Shown here: piece by piece, positions 18,705 through 28,022 of the stretch
How positions within the stretch are numbered: the stretch's first letter is position 1
Layout: each line of letters opens with the position of its first letter
Source: Caldilineae bacterium
GTDB lineage: Bacteria > Chloroflexota > Anaerolineae > DTLA01
Direction: 5' to 3'
NCBI GenBank assembly: GCA_037446815.1
Contig: JBBIHX010000008.1
Location: 1 to 44,267, forward strand
Length of the DNA stretch: 44,267 nt
Notes under the pieces: model-generated
The model's database searches: none
Told to the model about the DNA's origin: nothing
The model's input: only the letters and a program-made list of their open reading frames with translations
Translations under genes and position numbers: made by a program

Positions 18705-20027
18705 CTACACCACCTCGCCCAGCAGGTCGTACTCCAGGGCGCCCGTGATGCGGGCCCGGACGAAACTCCCCGCAGGCGTCTCCCCGGGCAACAGCACCAG
18801 GCCGTCAATCTCCGGCGCGTCGCGATAGGTGCGCCCAATGCTGACCCCGTCGCCGCAGCCGTCCACTAGAACGTCCATCTCCCGCCCGACCCACTCCTGG
18901 TTGCGCGCCCGGGAGATTTCTTGCTGCAACGCCATGGCCTGCTCGTAGCGGGCCTGCTTCACGTGCTCCGGAACCTGGTGGGGCAGGTCGGCTGCGGGCG
19001 TGCCCGGCTCCCGCGAATAGCGAAACACGCCCACATGGTCAAACCGGGCCTCGGACAGGAAGTCCAGCAGGGCCTGGAACTGGGCGTCGGTCTCACCTGG
19101 GTAGCCCACGATAAACGTTGTGCGCAGGGCGATGTCGGGCATGGCCTGCCGCAGAGCGTCTAGCAGCCAGCGGACGGCGTCCATATCGGAGGGGCGGCGC
19201 ATCCGCTTCAGCACGTCGGGGTGCGCGTGCTGCAGGGGCATGTCCAGGTAATGGCACACGTTGGGCAACTGCGCCATGGTATCTATCAGTTCCTGGGTAA
19301 CGAACTGGGGGTAGGCATACATGACGCGAATCCACTTCACCTGGGGGAGTTCTGCGCTCAACGCGCGAAGCAAGCCGGGCAGGCCCTCGCCGCCGATGTC
19401 TCGCCCGTAGGAGGTCGTGTCCTGGGCGATGAGGATCAGTTCGCGGGTGCCGGAATCGGCCAGAGTCCTCGCCTCGGCCAGGATGGCATCCATTCGCCGG
19501 CTTCGGTACGGCCCCTTGATGCGGGGAATCGTGCAGAAGGCGCAGGTTGCGCTGCATCCATCGGCGATCTTGAGATAGGCGGATGCTTGATGCTCTACCC
19601 GCGGCATAGGGGCGTCCTGACACCAGGGGCCAGCGAAAGGGTCGGCCGGGTCGCCCGTCCAGGCGAGGCGTTCGCGGGCGGCTTGCGCCTGGGCGACGAG
19701 GCGCGTGATCTCGCTCCAGCGTCGCGTGCCCAGGATGGCGTCCAGCCCCTGCACCTTCGCGAACAGCGCCTCGCCATCGCGCTCGGATAGGCACCCGGCG
19801 GCGATGAGCAACTGGCCGCGCCGCTTGGCCGAGGCCAGTTCCTGCAACGTGGCCAGCGACTCGCCCAGCGCGTCGCCGATGAACCCGCACGTGTTGACGA
19901 TGAGCACGTCGGCGTGCTTCGGGCGGTCGGTCGGTTCAAACCCCGCCGCCGTCATCTGGCGATGGATTCCCTCGGAGTCCACGACGTTCTTCGGGCACCC
20001 CAGGGTGATGAGGTAGAATCGCGGCAT
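18705..20027 (-). CDS. rimO: Ribosomal protein S12 methylthiotransferase
   Basis: LGCPKNVVDSE, NTCGFI, KIADGCSATCAFCTIP, DAPEIDG in the TRAM domain. Confidence 0.95.
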   Translation of the reverse strand: MPRFYLITLGCPKNVVDSEGIHRQMTAAGFEPTDRPKHADVLIVNTCGFIGDALGESLATLQELASAKRRGQLLIAAGCLSERDGEALFAKVQGLDAILGTRRWSEITRLVAQAQAARERLAWTGDPADPFAGPWCQDAPMPRVEHQASAYLKIADGCSATCAFCTIPRIKGPYRSRRMDAILAEARTLADSGTRELILIAQDTTSYGRDIGGEGLPGLLRALSAELPQVKWIRVMYAYPQFVTQELIDTMAQLPNVCHYLDMPLQHAHPDVLKRMRRPSDMDAVRWLLDALRQAMPDIALRTTFIVGYPGETDAQFQALLDFLSEARFDHVGVFRYSREPGTPAADLPHQVPEHVKQARYEQAMALQQEISRARNQEWVGREMDVLVDGCGDGVSIGRTYRDAPEIDGLVLLPGETPAGSFVRARITGALEYDLLGEVV

Positions 20028-20040
20028 TGGCTACTCCCAC

Positions 20041-20067
20041 AAAGAAGCGAGGGGCGTCCCCCTCGCT
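20041..20067 (-). terminator. Terminator-like hairpin between rodZ and rimO
   Basis: Minus strand AGCGAGGGG-GACG-CCCCTCGCT followed by TCTTT (weak U tract). Confidence 0.45.
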
Positions 20068-20094
20068 CTCCAAGAATCTTCGGGCAAGCCGGCA

Positions 20095-20877
20095 TCACGG
20101 GGTGGCGGTAGGCGTCGGCGAGACGCCCTCGGCCAGCCACTCGCCCACGACGACCTGGTTGGCCCCACCCAGAAAGCCAAGATGCTGGCCGTTCACCGTA
20201 ACGTCCACCGCGCCCGCATTCCCGATGCGCGCCACGATCTTCCGCGCGGCTTCCCATTCGCGGGTCTCGTTCTCCAGCAAGCCCGCATAGGCCACCGCAT
20301 CGTCGGCCACGATCTGCACCCACGAGCGGCCCGTAACGACGAACTGCACGCGCACGCCCACACCAGGCGCGGGCGTAGCGGTCGGCTCGGTCGGCGAAGG
20401 CAACGGGGTGAGCGTCGGCGTGGGCCGCGGGGTCGGCGTTGCGGTCGGCTCCGCGGTAGGCGTCGCGGTCGGGGTGGCCGGCACCAACCCCAGCCACGAG
20501 CGCCACGGCGTGCGGACCACAGCCGCCGCCAGGAGCAGAATCCCGGCCACCACCGCCAGCCCCATGACGATGGGCCAGAGGCTCCGCCGGCCCTCCATGG
20601 GGACTTCCACCAGGGGCAGGGACGGGAGTTGTGCGTTCCCGGAAGCGCCCCGAGAGGCATCGTAGAGGGCGAGTACCTGCTGGGGGTCAAGTCCCAGGTA
20701 GGCCGCGTAAGTCTTCAGGAAACCCCGAACGTATGCGGGAGCGGGCAGGGCGCCGTAGTCCTCGTCCTCCAGCGCGACCAGGAACTTGTAGCGGATGCGC
20801 GTATCCGCCTCAACCTGTTCCAAGGACAACGACTTCTTCTCGCGGGCATCGCGCAGCAGGTTCCCCAGATCGCCCAT
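20095..20877 (-). CDS. rodZ: RodZ-like HTH / transmembrane / DUF4115 protein
   Basis: LGNLLRDAREKKSLSLEQV, YVRGFLKTYAAYLGLD, one TM, PT linker, RIGNAGAVDVTVNG. Adjacent to rimO. Confidence 0.85.
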   Translation of the reverse strand: MGDLGNLLRDAREKKSLSLEQVEADTRIRYKFLVALEDEDYGALPAPAYVRGFLKTYAAYLGLDPQQVLALYDASRGASGNAQLPSLPLVEVPMEGRRSLWPIVMGLAVVAGILLLAAAVVRTPWRSWLGLVPATPTATPTAEPTATPTPRPTPTLTPLPSPTEPTATPAPGVGVRVQFVVTGRSWVQIVADDAVAYAGLLENETREWEAARKIVARIGNAGAVDVTVNGQHLGFLGGANQVVVGEWLAEGVSPTPTATP

Positions 20878-20927
20878 TCAGCACCCATCCCCCGTAGAAT
20901 CCACCTTCCCCGCCGGGAGGCCAGGAT

Positions 20928-20956
20928 ACTATACACTTACGCCCCGCGCGTGTCAA
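20928..20956 (-). promoter_or_regulatory. sigma70-type promoter of rodZ-rimO
   Basis: Minus strand TTGACA-17 nt-TATAGT. Confidence 0.78.
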
Positions 20957-20971
20957 ATGCTTGGGCCGAGG

Positions 20972-21121
20972 GAGTCGGTTTCATCTTGTGTTGGTGAACC
21001 GTAGGCGCACTCTCCTCGTGTGTCATTGCGAGCGGAGCGAAGCAATCCCACGCCCCGGAGATTGCTTCGGGCACTGCGTGCCCTCGCAATGACAGCCACC
21101 AACAAACTTTGGAACCGAATG
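20972..21121. mobile_element. MITE copy B3 (exact 8-bp TSD GGCCGAGG)
   Basis: GAGTCGGTTTCATCTTGTGTTGG ... CCAACAAACTTTGGAACCGAATG. GGCCGAGG at 20964-20971 and 21122-21129. Confidence 0.87.
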
Positions 21122-21305
21122 GGCCGAGGCGAGGGCGCAAGGCCCGTTGGAAACCGCCATTGGCGTGGGGACGGCAGGAGAGCCGAAATCCACCGCCGAG
21201 CACGCAGAGAGCGGAGAAAATCAGAATTCCTCTTGGTCCTCTCTGGGACTCTCCGATGCAAAATGAGTCGCGACGGCCCGCCAACGCCGAATGGGGAGAC
21301 TACCT

Positions 21306-21342
21306 ATCCGCACAATCCGTGCAATCCGCGCAATCCGCGGAT
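21306..21342. repeat. Nonamer tandem repeat ATCCGYRCA x4
   Basis: ATCCGCACA ATCCGTGCA ATCCGCGCA ATCCGCGGA T. Confidence 0.7.
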
Positions 21343-21393
21343 ACCATTCTCCATGCGCGTTATTCGCGGTCCTTGAGCGGCGGCGAAGCATCC

Positions 21394-22179
21394 CTAGTCG
21401 CCGTTGCCCGCCCGTTCAGCATACACAGGCACGCCGAGGAGTCGTCCTGCGATGACCTCAAAGGCGCGGGGGTCGCCGGACGTGTAGAACAGGCGGCGGA
21501 CGGGGCCGCGCCGGGTCGCTCGCAGCCCGTGCTGCTCCAGCACCCGCGCCGTCTGGCGGGCCACGGCGGGCGCGGGGTCTATGATCTCCACGCCCGGCCC
21601 CACGACGCGCGCGATGGCCTCCCGCAGGAACGGATAGTGCGTGCACCCCAGCACCAGCGAGTCAATCCCCGCCTCCACCATCGGCTGCAGGTACAGGCGC
21701 AGGAGGCGGTCGGTGTCGGGATCTTCCAACTTGCCCGCTTCCACCTGCTGCACCAGGCCCGGGCAGGCTCGCGTGAGCACGTCCACGCCGTTGGCGTACC
21801 GCTCCAGCAGGCGCGCGAAGAGTTCGCCCTGGAAGGTTACCTCCGTGGCGATGACGCCCACCTTGCCGGCGCGGGTGCGCTCCACGGCAGGCTTGACGGC
21901 GGGCTCCATCCCCACGATGGGTACCGCGAACCGCGCGCGCAGATGGTACAGCGCCGCAGCCGAGGCCGTGTTGCATGCCACCACGATGACCTTCGCGCCG
22001 CGCCGAATGAGGAAATCGGCGATGCCCACCGACAGGGCGCGAATCTCCTCGGCGCTGCGCGAGCCGTAGGGACAGTGGGCGGTGTCGGCGAAATAGATGG
22101 TGTCCTCGTCCGGCAGTTGTGCCCATATCTCGCGCAGGACGGAAAGCCCGCCCACGCCCGAGTCAAACACGCCGATCAT
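21394..22179 (-). CDS. murI: Glutamate racemase
   Basis: IGVFDSGVGGLSV, PYG, ACNTAS and LGCTHYP (both catalytic Cys). Confidence 0.96.
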   Translation of the reverse strand: MIGVFDSGVGGLSVLREIWAQLPDEDTIYFADTAHCPYGSRSAEEIRALSVGIADFLIRRGAKVIVVACNTASAAALYHLRARFAVPIVGMEPAVKPAVERTRAGKVGVIATEVTFQGELFARLLERYANGVDVLTRACPGLVQQVEAGKLEDPDTDRLLRLYLQPMVEAGIDSLVLGCTHYPFLREAIARVVGPGVEIIDPAPAVARQTARVLEQHGLRATRRGPVRRLFYTSGDPRAFEVIAGRLLGVPVYAERAGNGD

Positions 22180-22940
22180 CGGCTCGCCGCCTCCACGAAG
22201 GCGCGGAACAGGGCGCACATGTCGGCACGGGCCGGGGCAAGTTCCTCCGGATGCCACTGGACGCCCAGCACCCAGGCGTCGCCTGTCCCTTCCACCGCTT
22301 CCACGATGCCGTCGGGGGCCTGGGCCACAACCCGCAATCCCGCGCCCAGGGCCTTGACTGCCTGATGGTGCAGCGAGTTGACGGGCACCTGGTAGCGCAA
22401 GATGCCATCGTGCGCCACGGTGCCATCTTGGGCGACCAGCGCGGCGAGGCGGCTCCCTGGCTCAACGGCCACCGTGTGGGCGATGTGATCACGCGGGTAC
22501 GCGGGGTAAAAGCAGTCGTGCTTGAGCGCGCCTGGGACCTGGGCCGCGATGTCCTGCACCAGCGTGCCGCCCGCCGCCACGTTGAGCACCTGGATGCCGC
22601 GACAGATGGCCAGGAGCGGCATGCCCATCTCCGGCGCCCGCCGCGCGAGGGCCATCTCCGCCGCGTCGCGCTCCGCGTCCACGGCGCCCAGTTTCGGATG
22701 CGGCTCCTCGCCGAAGAGCGCCGGCGCGATGTCCTCTCCGCCGGCCAGGAGCAGGCCATCGGCGCGGGCCAAGGCGCGGAACAGGCGCGGCTCATCCATG
22801 CCCAGCGGCAGAAGCGCCGGCACGCCTCCCGCCGCGATGACGGCAGACAGATACGCCTGGCCCATGCCCTGCATAGGCAGGTGGTGGTGCCGCCCCGAGG
22901 TGTCGTTGCGGCATGGGATGAGGATAACAGGCGCGCTCAT
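22176..22940 (-). CDS. Peptidase C26 / PuuD-like gamma-glutamyl hydrolase (class I glutamine amidotransferase fold)
   Basis: LLAGGEDI, AICRGIQVLNVAAGGTL, NSLHHQAV, GVQWHPE triad. ATGA overlap with murI. Confidence 0.9.
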   Translation of the reverse strand: MSAPVILIPCRNDTSGRHHHLPMQGMGQAYLSAVIAAGGVPALLPLGMDEPRLFRALARADGLLLAGGEDIAPALFGEEPHPKLGAVDAERDAAEMALARRAPEMGMPLLAICRGIQVLNVAAGGTLVQDIAAQVPGALKHDCFYPAYPRDHIAHTVAVEPGSRLAALVAQDGTVAHDGILRYQVPVNSLHHQAVKALGAGLRVVAQAPDGIVEAVEGTGDAWVLGVQWHPEELAPARADMCALFRAFVEAASR

Positions 22941-22968
22941 GAAGCCTCCTGGTTCGGTATGTGGGCGG

Positions 22969-22997
22969 ATTATAGCGCGGGCGCGCTCGGCGCACAA
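22969..22997 (-). promoter_or_regulatory. sigma70-type promoter of C26 hydrolase-murI
   Basis: Minus strand TTGTGC-17 nt-TATAAT. Confidence 0.6.
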
Positions 22998-23176
22998 GGA
23001 TTCGGCTCCCGTCTGCGCACCCCGCGCCGCGCATGGGACGTGGGCACGCGCCCGTCCCTGTCCCCCGGCGCGAAGCGGTCGCGCAGAATGTGCGTTACCC
23101 CTGCGCCAGCCCGCCAGCCTTGACGCGCTCGGCCCGATGCTTCAGCGCGGGGCCTGGGCCGGCGCCGGGCGCAGCA

Positions 23177-23755
23177 TCACTCGCCGCTCCCCGCCGGGCT
23201 CGCAAAGGTCCAGCGATCCCACGCCACCGTCTCCTCAAACGGCTTGCGGGTGCGCGGCTTCGCGTCCTTGGCGCGCGTCTCCTCATCCAGCAGGTCAATG
23301 GGCCCTTCGTACCCCAACGCGATGACGACAACCACGTTGTGATCGTCGGGAATATCCAGCGCAGCCCTGACCTTAGGCGCGCTGTAGCCGGCCATGGGGT
23401 GCGCCATCATCCCTTCTTCCACGGCGGCCAGCAGCAGGTTCTCCACCGCCAGCCCGCAGGCGAACAGGTGGTACGATACGGCGTCATCCTTGCGCACGTA
23501 GTCATCCGCGGCCCTCGCCGCAACGGCGATGAGCACCGGAGCCTTCCACGCCCAGCGGTTGCCGCGGTTCAGCGCCTCGCGGAACGCCTGCAAACGCTGG
23601 GGTTCGCGAACGACGATGAACCGCCACGGCTGATTGTTGTTGGCCGAGGGCGCCCAGCGCGCCGCCTCCAGGATGCGCAGGAGCGCGTCTTCGGGCACAG
23701 GTTTGTCCAGGAAGGACCGTTTGCTGTGGCGGCGAAAGAAGATGGAGTCCTCCAT
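23177..23755 (-). CDS. Nitroreductase-family protein
   Basis: RRHSKRSF, ARWAPSANNNQPWRF, ENLLLAA..G. Confidence 0.9.
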   Translation of the reverse strand: MEDSIFFRRHSKRSFLDKPVPEDALLRILEAARWAPSANNNQPWRFIVVREPQRLQAFREALNRGNRWAWKAPVLIAVAARAADDYVRKDDAVSYHLFACGLAVENLLLAAVEEGMMAHPMAGYSAPKVRAALDIPDDHNVVVVIALGYEGPIDLLDEETRAKDAKPRTRKPFEETVAWDRWTFASPAGSGE

Positions 23756-23786
23756 GTTACCCTCCGCGATTGGGTGTTTTGGCGAG

Positions 23787-23815
23787 ACTATAGAACGGCC
23801 GGCGGGGGATGTCAA
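23787..23815 (-). promoter_or_regulatory. sigma70-type promoter of the nitroreductase
   Basis: Minus strand TTGACA-17 nt-TATAGT. Confidence 0.75.
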
Positions 23816-23863
23816 GCGGCTTCGGCAAGTTGCGTTTTGGACTCCCGCGGCCCAGCCCCGGTC

Positions 23864-23902
23864 GTCAAGACTCCTTGACTCTTCGCGGAAGTGTGGTACA
23901 AT
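23864..23902 (+). promoter_or_regulatory. Promoter of the vapBC cassette with an inverted repeat over the -35
   Basis: TTGACT (23875-23880)-16 nt-TACAAT with extended TGn. GTCAAG-actc-CTTGAC at 23864-23879. Confidence 0.6.
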
Positions 23903-23991
23903 ATGAGCAGCCGACCACAGAGCACGTTGCAGGATGACCAGTGGTTAGGCGGCGCTTCACATGCAACAGGGCTAGAGAGGGGGAGTGGGCA

Positions 23992-24219
23992 GTGAGCACC
24001 CTGGTGATAGAGAAAGTGGTGGAGCAACTGAAAGAGTTGCCTTATGAATTGCAGTGGCGCGTGTTGGAGTTCGCCCGTACTCTGGCGTCTTCCGCGCCAC
24101 GCGGTGTTCCCGGGAAGCAGTTGCTGCGCTTTGCTGGTGCAATTCCGGCTGGGGACGTAGAGTTGATACGCCAAGCGATAGAGCAAGGGTGCGAACAGGT
24201 TGACATCAATGGCTGGTAG
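23992..24219 (+). CDS. Putative antitoxin (DUF2281-like) of a VapBC pair
   Basis: 75 aa from GTG, LKELPYELQWRVLEFARTL, acidic C-terminus, overlaps the PIN gene. Confidence 0.7.
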   Translation: MSTLVIEKVVEQLKELPYELQWRVLEFARTLASSAPRGVPGKQLLRFAGAIPAGDVELIRQAIEQGCEQVDINGW

Positions 24220-24598
24220 ATATCTCCTGGACACCAGCATCTTGATAGCGCTTTTGGCCGATGACACAGCCGTAAAAGGGAAGTTGGCTCAGGCGCAGGA
24301 GGTCTTTGTTCCGAGTATTGCGATTGGAGAACTCTACTACGGGGCGTGGAAATCACAGCGCGCCCAGGAGAACCTCAACCGCATTGATGAGTTGGTGGGA
24401 GAGAGCGCGGTATTGGGGTGTGGGGTTGAGGCCGCGCGGCGATATGGTGAGATCAAGAACGCCCTGCGCATCAAGGGACGCCCAATTCCCGAGAATGACC
24501 TGTGGATAGCGGCGATTGCGGTGGAACACAGGTTGACGCTGGCAACGCGCGATACGCACTTTAGCGAGGTAACTGTCCTAAACACGGAAACTTGGTGA
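24209..24598 (+). CDS. vapC: VapC-family PIN-domain toxin
   Basis: LLDTSILI, IGELYYG, ENDLWIAA, TRDTHF (acidic PIN quartet). Confidence 0.92.
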   Translation: MAGRYLLDTSILIALLADDTAVKGKLAQAQEVFVPSIAIGELYYGAWKSQRAQENLNRIDELVGESAVLGCGVEAARRYGEIKNALRIKGRPIPENDLWIAAIAVEHRLTLATRDTHFSEVTVLNTETW

Positions 24599-24683
24599 AG
24601 AAAGCGCAGGCAAACCTGCGCGGCAGCCGAACAAGCGGCTGGAGACTCGCCTCCGCCGCGCGCATGCCAAACGCCTCGCCCGC

Positions 24684-27419
24684 TTACCGCACCACCATCG
24701 GCACCCACAGCCGATAGGGTGGCTTTGGCGTCGGGCTAGGCGTCGGGCTGGGGGTCGGCATCGCGGCGGGCGGCGAGCCGACGCTCACCTGGTCTATGAA
24801 CGCCACCGTGGGCCGCTGCGAGGAATCCTGCCAGACGTTGAGAATCAATTGCACCGTGCGCCCGCGCCACGGCGAGAGGTCATAGGTGAACAGTTGCCAT
24901 CCCGGCGTCGTCTGCCAAACGGTGCGCGGGGGCATCGGCTCGTACCGCGTCGTCCCGTCAATCAGCAGCACCTCCAGCCAATCGTGGCCCGCCTCGGTCT
25001 CCAGCGTTGCCACCTGGTAGAGGAGCGACAGGTACACCGGCGACGGGGTCTGCGGTATGGCGATGCTCTGGCTCACGGTGGAATTGCCCCCGCCGCCCAG
25101 TTCCGGCTGGCCCACGAAATCCCGCCCCAGCGCCAGCGAGCGCAGCCCCGCGAACCCCGCCGTGTGAACCTGTGCGGGCGTGCTGCCGCCGGGCGTCCAG
25201 CCCTCCAGCCCCGCCTCAAAATCCCCGTTGCGCACCAGGTTCACCGCCGGGGCAAGCCAAACGTCAAACCCCGCAACGTAGCCATCCAACCGCAGGTATC
25301 GCGGCGACCAGTGATCGTACCCGAGCGCATCCCCCTGGACACCGTAATCCCCCTTGGGGAGGCCCGCCACCTGCCACTGGCCCGACGCATCGGCCGCAAC
25401 GGTGATCGGCATGCCCCAGACGTTGGTGATGGACACGCTCGCGCTGCCGACGGGCGTCCCCAGCGGGTTCAGCACGCGCCCGCCGACAACCGTGGCCGCG
25501 ATGGGCGTGGGGGTCGGCGTTGCCGTCGGCTGTGGCGTGGGCGTCGGGGTGGTGGGCAGCGCGATGACCGTCTCCTCCTGGGGCGTTCGGGGCGTCGCGC
25601 CTGCGTTCCCCGCCCGGTCTATGCCGCGCGCCGCAAACCCGTAGGAGTGGCCGGGCACGCCGGTGTATGTGGCCGAAGTCTGCTGGGTGCCCTGCAGCCA
25701 CAACAGCATCGGCCCGCCGTCCACGGAGACGAAGACGTCATACGCCGCGACGCCGGAACCCTCATCGGCGCCTTGCCAGGACACGGTGAAACTCGTCGGA
25801 CTGTAGAGAGGCAAGTCTTGCATCGTTACCACGGGCGGTGTCGTGTCTCGCTCCACCAGCATCAGGGGCCGCCCGCCGATCATGTAGGTGATGTGGTCGG
25901 GGAGGTTGCGATTCGTGGCCGCGGGCAACAAGACCGTGTACGCGCCATCGGTCGGCGACAGCGGCTGCGCGACCCCGTCCTGATCCAGCGCCATGGCCTG
26001 AGCCCCCACGGCCCCTACCCGCGCCACCACCGGCGATCCGCGCGTGGCCCAGAGGAAGAGAACGCGCTCGCGCGTGTCGGGGCGATAGTAGGCGATCTCC
26101 TCATGATCCCCCTGCGAATTGCGCCGCCACAGGGGAATCGCGCCGTTCAGGTACGTCGCCGCCAGCTGGTAGGCCTTGTACGAGGGCCGGGGCGAGTTCG
26201 GCGACGAATGGCTGTGGAAACAGATGGCGTCGGCGGGGTTGCGGTACAGGCCGTAGGCGTCGCCCACGTCGTTGGTGCCCGCCGGACTGTTGCCGCAATC
26301 GTCGTAGAGTTGGAAATGGAAGATGCGGTCAGCGCCGGCAAAGAACCCATAGGCGTAGTTCTGGATGACGTAGGCGGCCTGTTCCTCCATGGTGGCGCGG
26401 TACAGGCTGCTGGGGTCCCAAGTCGGCCCTGGGTAGTCGTTCCACACGGGCACCCCGCTCTCGTTGATCCAGATGGGTTTCGCGCCCAGGCCGTACTTCT
26501 GGAGCAGCGTGCGGACACGCCGCACCTGGTAGTACGTCTCGTAGGATGTGCTGTAGATGTGCAGGGGCAGCGCGTCAAAGTACCAGCCGTTGGCGTCGCG
26601 CTGGGACCTCTGGCCATCCGCCTTCATCACATCCAGCAGGTTCTCCAGCCAGTTGGGCGTGATGTAGATGGCCAACCCGCCGAGCAGCACGGTACAACCT
26701 GGGTCTGCGAACTTGGCGGTGATGTACGCCACCTTCAGCAGGCGGTAGTAATCGTGCACCGAGCCGTTCCAGAAGAAGGGATAGTCCGGCTCGTTCCAAA
26801 TCTCCCAGTGGCGAATGCGCGGGGCGTAGCGGGAGACCGCCGCGTAGACGAACCGCGCCCAGGGGTTGGCCGGGTTGATGACCTTCCCCGGCGCGGGAAT
26901 GTCCGTGCCGTCGCTGAAGATGGGCTGGTAGAGGTTTTGGGGCGCGGAACTGGCCAGGCTGATGGGCCGACGCTCCGCAGCGCCGGATAGGGGCAGCGGG
27001 CGTTTGCCGACCTGGGGCAGCGGCGCGCCGCTCTGGCCCGCCGTGGCGTAGTGCGCGGGCGTGCCCAGCAGGATGGCGTTCGTCATGAGTCCGTTGGCCT
27101 GATCATCGGCGACAACTCGGTCCACGGTGCTCCAGTCCAAGACGCCGGCGGACTTTTCCACATTGCCCCAGTAGATGGGCCAGCGGTTCCAGGCCGCGCC
27201 CGCGGCAACGGCCTTGGCGTAGCGCGCCGCGCTTGCCGGGGCCTCGGCGGAACTGACAAAACACAGGCCGAAGCGGTCGTTGAGCGGCACCGCCTGGCCG
27301 ATAACGTCATCCGACTCGGGCGGACGGAATGCGCCCACGGATGCGGGGCCGGGCACCTGCGAGAGGGCCAGGCAGAGGACGACGTACAGGAGCCCCAACC
27401 GCAACCGACGCAATGTCAT
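24684..27419 (-). CDS. Secreted clan GH-A (GH39/GH5-like) glycoside hydrolase with Fn3/Ig, PT linkers, carboxypeptidase-regulatory-like and CBM-like domains
   Basis: Signal peptide MTLRRLRLGLLYVVL, WEIWNEPD, PIWINESG, GSGVAAYDV..DRAGN, NLVRNGDFE, C-terminus YRLWVPMVVR. Confidence 0.78.
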   Translation of the reverse strand: MTLRRLRLGLLYVVLCLALSQVPGPASVGAFRPPESDDVIGQAVPLNDRFGLCFVSSAEAPASAARYAKAVAAGAAWNRWPIYWGNVEKSAGVLDWSTVDRVVADDQANGLMTNAILLGTPAHYATAGQSGAPLPQVGKRPLPLSGAAERRPISLASSAPQNLYQPIFSDGTDIPAPGKVINPANPWARFVYAAVSRYAPRIRHWEIWNEPDYPFFWNGSVHDYYRLLKVAYITAKFADPGCTVLLGGLAIYITPNWLENLLDVMKADGQRSQRDANGWYFDALPLHIYSTSYETYYQVRRVRTLLQKYGLGAKPIWINESGVPVWNDYPGPTWDPSSLYRATMEEQAAYVIQNYAYGFFAGADRIFHFQLYDDCGNSPAGTNDVGDAYGLYRNPADAICFHSHSSPNSPRPSYKAYQLAATYLNGAIPLWRRNSQGDHEEIAYYRPDTRERVLFLWATRGSPVVARVGAVGAQAMALDQDGVAQPLSPTDGAYTVLLPAATNRNLPDHITYMIGGRPLMLVERDTTPPVVTMQDLPLYSPTSFTVSWQGADEGSGVAAYDVFVSVDGGPMLLWLQGTQQTSATYTGVPGHSYGFAARGIDRAGNAGATPRTPQEETVIALPTTPTPTPQPTATPTPTPIAATVVGGRVLNPLGTPVGSASVSITNVWGMPITVAADASGQWQVAGLPKGDYGVQGDALGYDHWSPRYLRLDGYVAGFDVWLAPAVNLVRNGDFEAGLEGWTPGGSTPAQVHTAGFAGLRSLALGRDFVGQPELGGGGNSTVSQSIAIPQTPSPVYLSLLYQVATLETEAGHDWLEVLLIDGTTRYEPMPPRTVWQTTPGWQLFTYDLSPWRGRTVQLILNVWQDSSQRPTVAFIDQVSVGSPPAAMPTPSPTPSPTPKPPYRLWVPMVVR

Positions 27420-27444
27420 GCACCCTTCTCTGCTTCGCGCTGGT

Positions 27445-27933
27445 CTAGAATTCCACGAGCGTGGCTTCGCGGGTTTCTGTATCGTACAACGCAAGACTCG
27501 GCTTCCCGAAACGGCCCATGACCTCGCCCGGGTTCAGCACAAGGGTGTTTCCCTCTTGGCGGTGAACGGCCTTGTGCGTGTGGCCGAAGAAGACGGCGTC
27601 GTATCGGCCCGACGGGGCGATGGCCGCCGCGATGTGCGGGTAATGGGTCAGGGCGATCTTCCTGCCGCCTAGTTCCAACTCCGCGAGGCCGTCGGTGTAC
27701 AGGCGAACGCGGCCGCTCTCCGACGCGACGCGGAGCAGCAGCGCAACGTCGCCGTCGTTGTTGCCCTGCATGGCGTGAATCAGCCCCGCGAACCCATCGG
27801 CCAGCATCCGCAACGAGAACGGCGCGCACAGGTCTCCGCAGAACAGGAGCACGTCGGCCCCCTGCACCTGTTGCAGCGCCTTCTCCAGGTTCCAGATGTT
27901 GTCGTGGCTATCGGACATGATGGCGATTCTCAT
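27445..27933 (-). CDS. YfcE-like metallophosphoesterase
   Basis: SDSHDN, CGD, GNND, TH, FGHTH, LNPGE. GGAGG RBS. Confidence 0.92.
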   Translation of the reverse strand: MRIAIMSDSHDNIWNLEKALQQVQGADVLLFCGDLCAPFSLRMLADGFAGLIHAMQGNNDGDVALLLRVASESGRVRLYTDGLAELELGGRKIALTHYPHIAAAIAPSGRYDAVFFGHTHKAVHRQEGNTLVLNPGEVMGRFGKPSLALYDTETREATLVEF

Positions 27934-28022
27934 GGCAACCTCCTGCACCGAGAGATGTGCAGGAAGTATACCACAGCCGCGCTGTGTTGACAGAGGACAT
28001 GGTGCAACTTGCGGGCCAATGG

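Noticed and set aside
18497..18706. Identical 55-bp direct repeat flanking the N gap, resembling a tandem array or an insertion site
   Set aside because: Exactly 55 bp on both sides of a round 100-N gap fits a k=55 assembler overlap at a hairpin. It is most likely a single copy.
20937..21376. Short ORFs crossing the MITEs (also 6316-6856, 10731-11438, 27896-28360) as possible transposases or small proteins
   Set aside because: They translate repeat sequence (e.g. VIARARSARSN, PLTPALSRR) and show no DDE or HUH motifs or RBS.
22999..23015. GATTCGGCTCCCGTCTG as a further MITE end beside a promoter
   Set aside because: Only a short partial match, with no partner TIR, cargo or TSD, and the wrong spacing to the -35.
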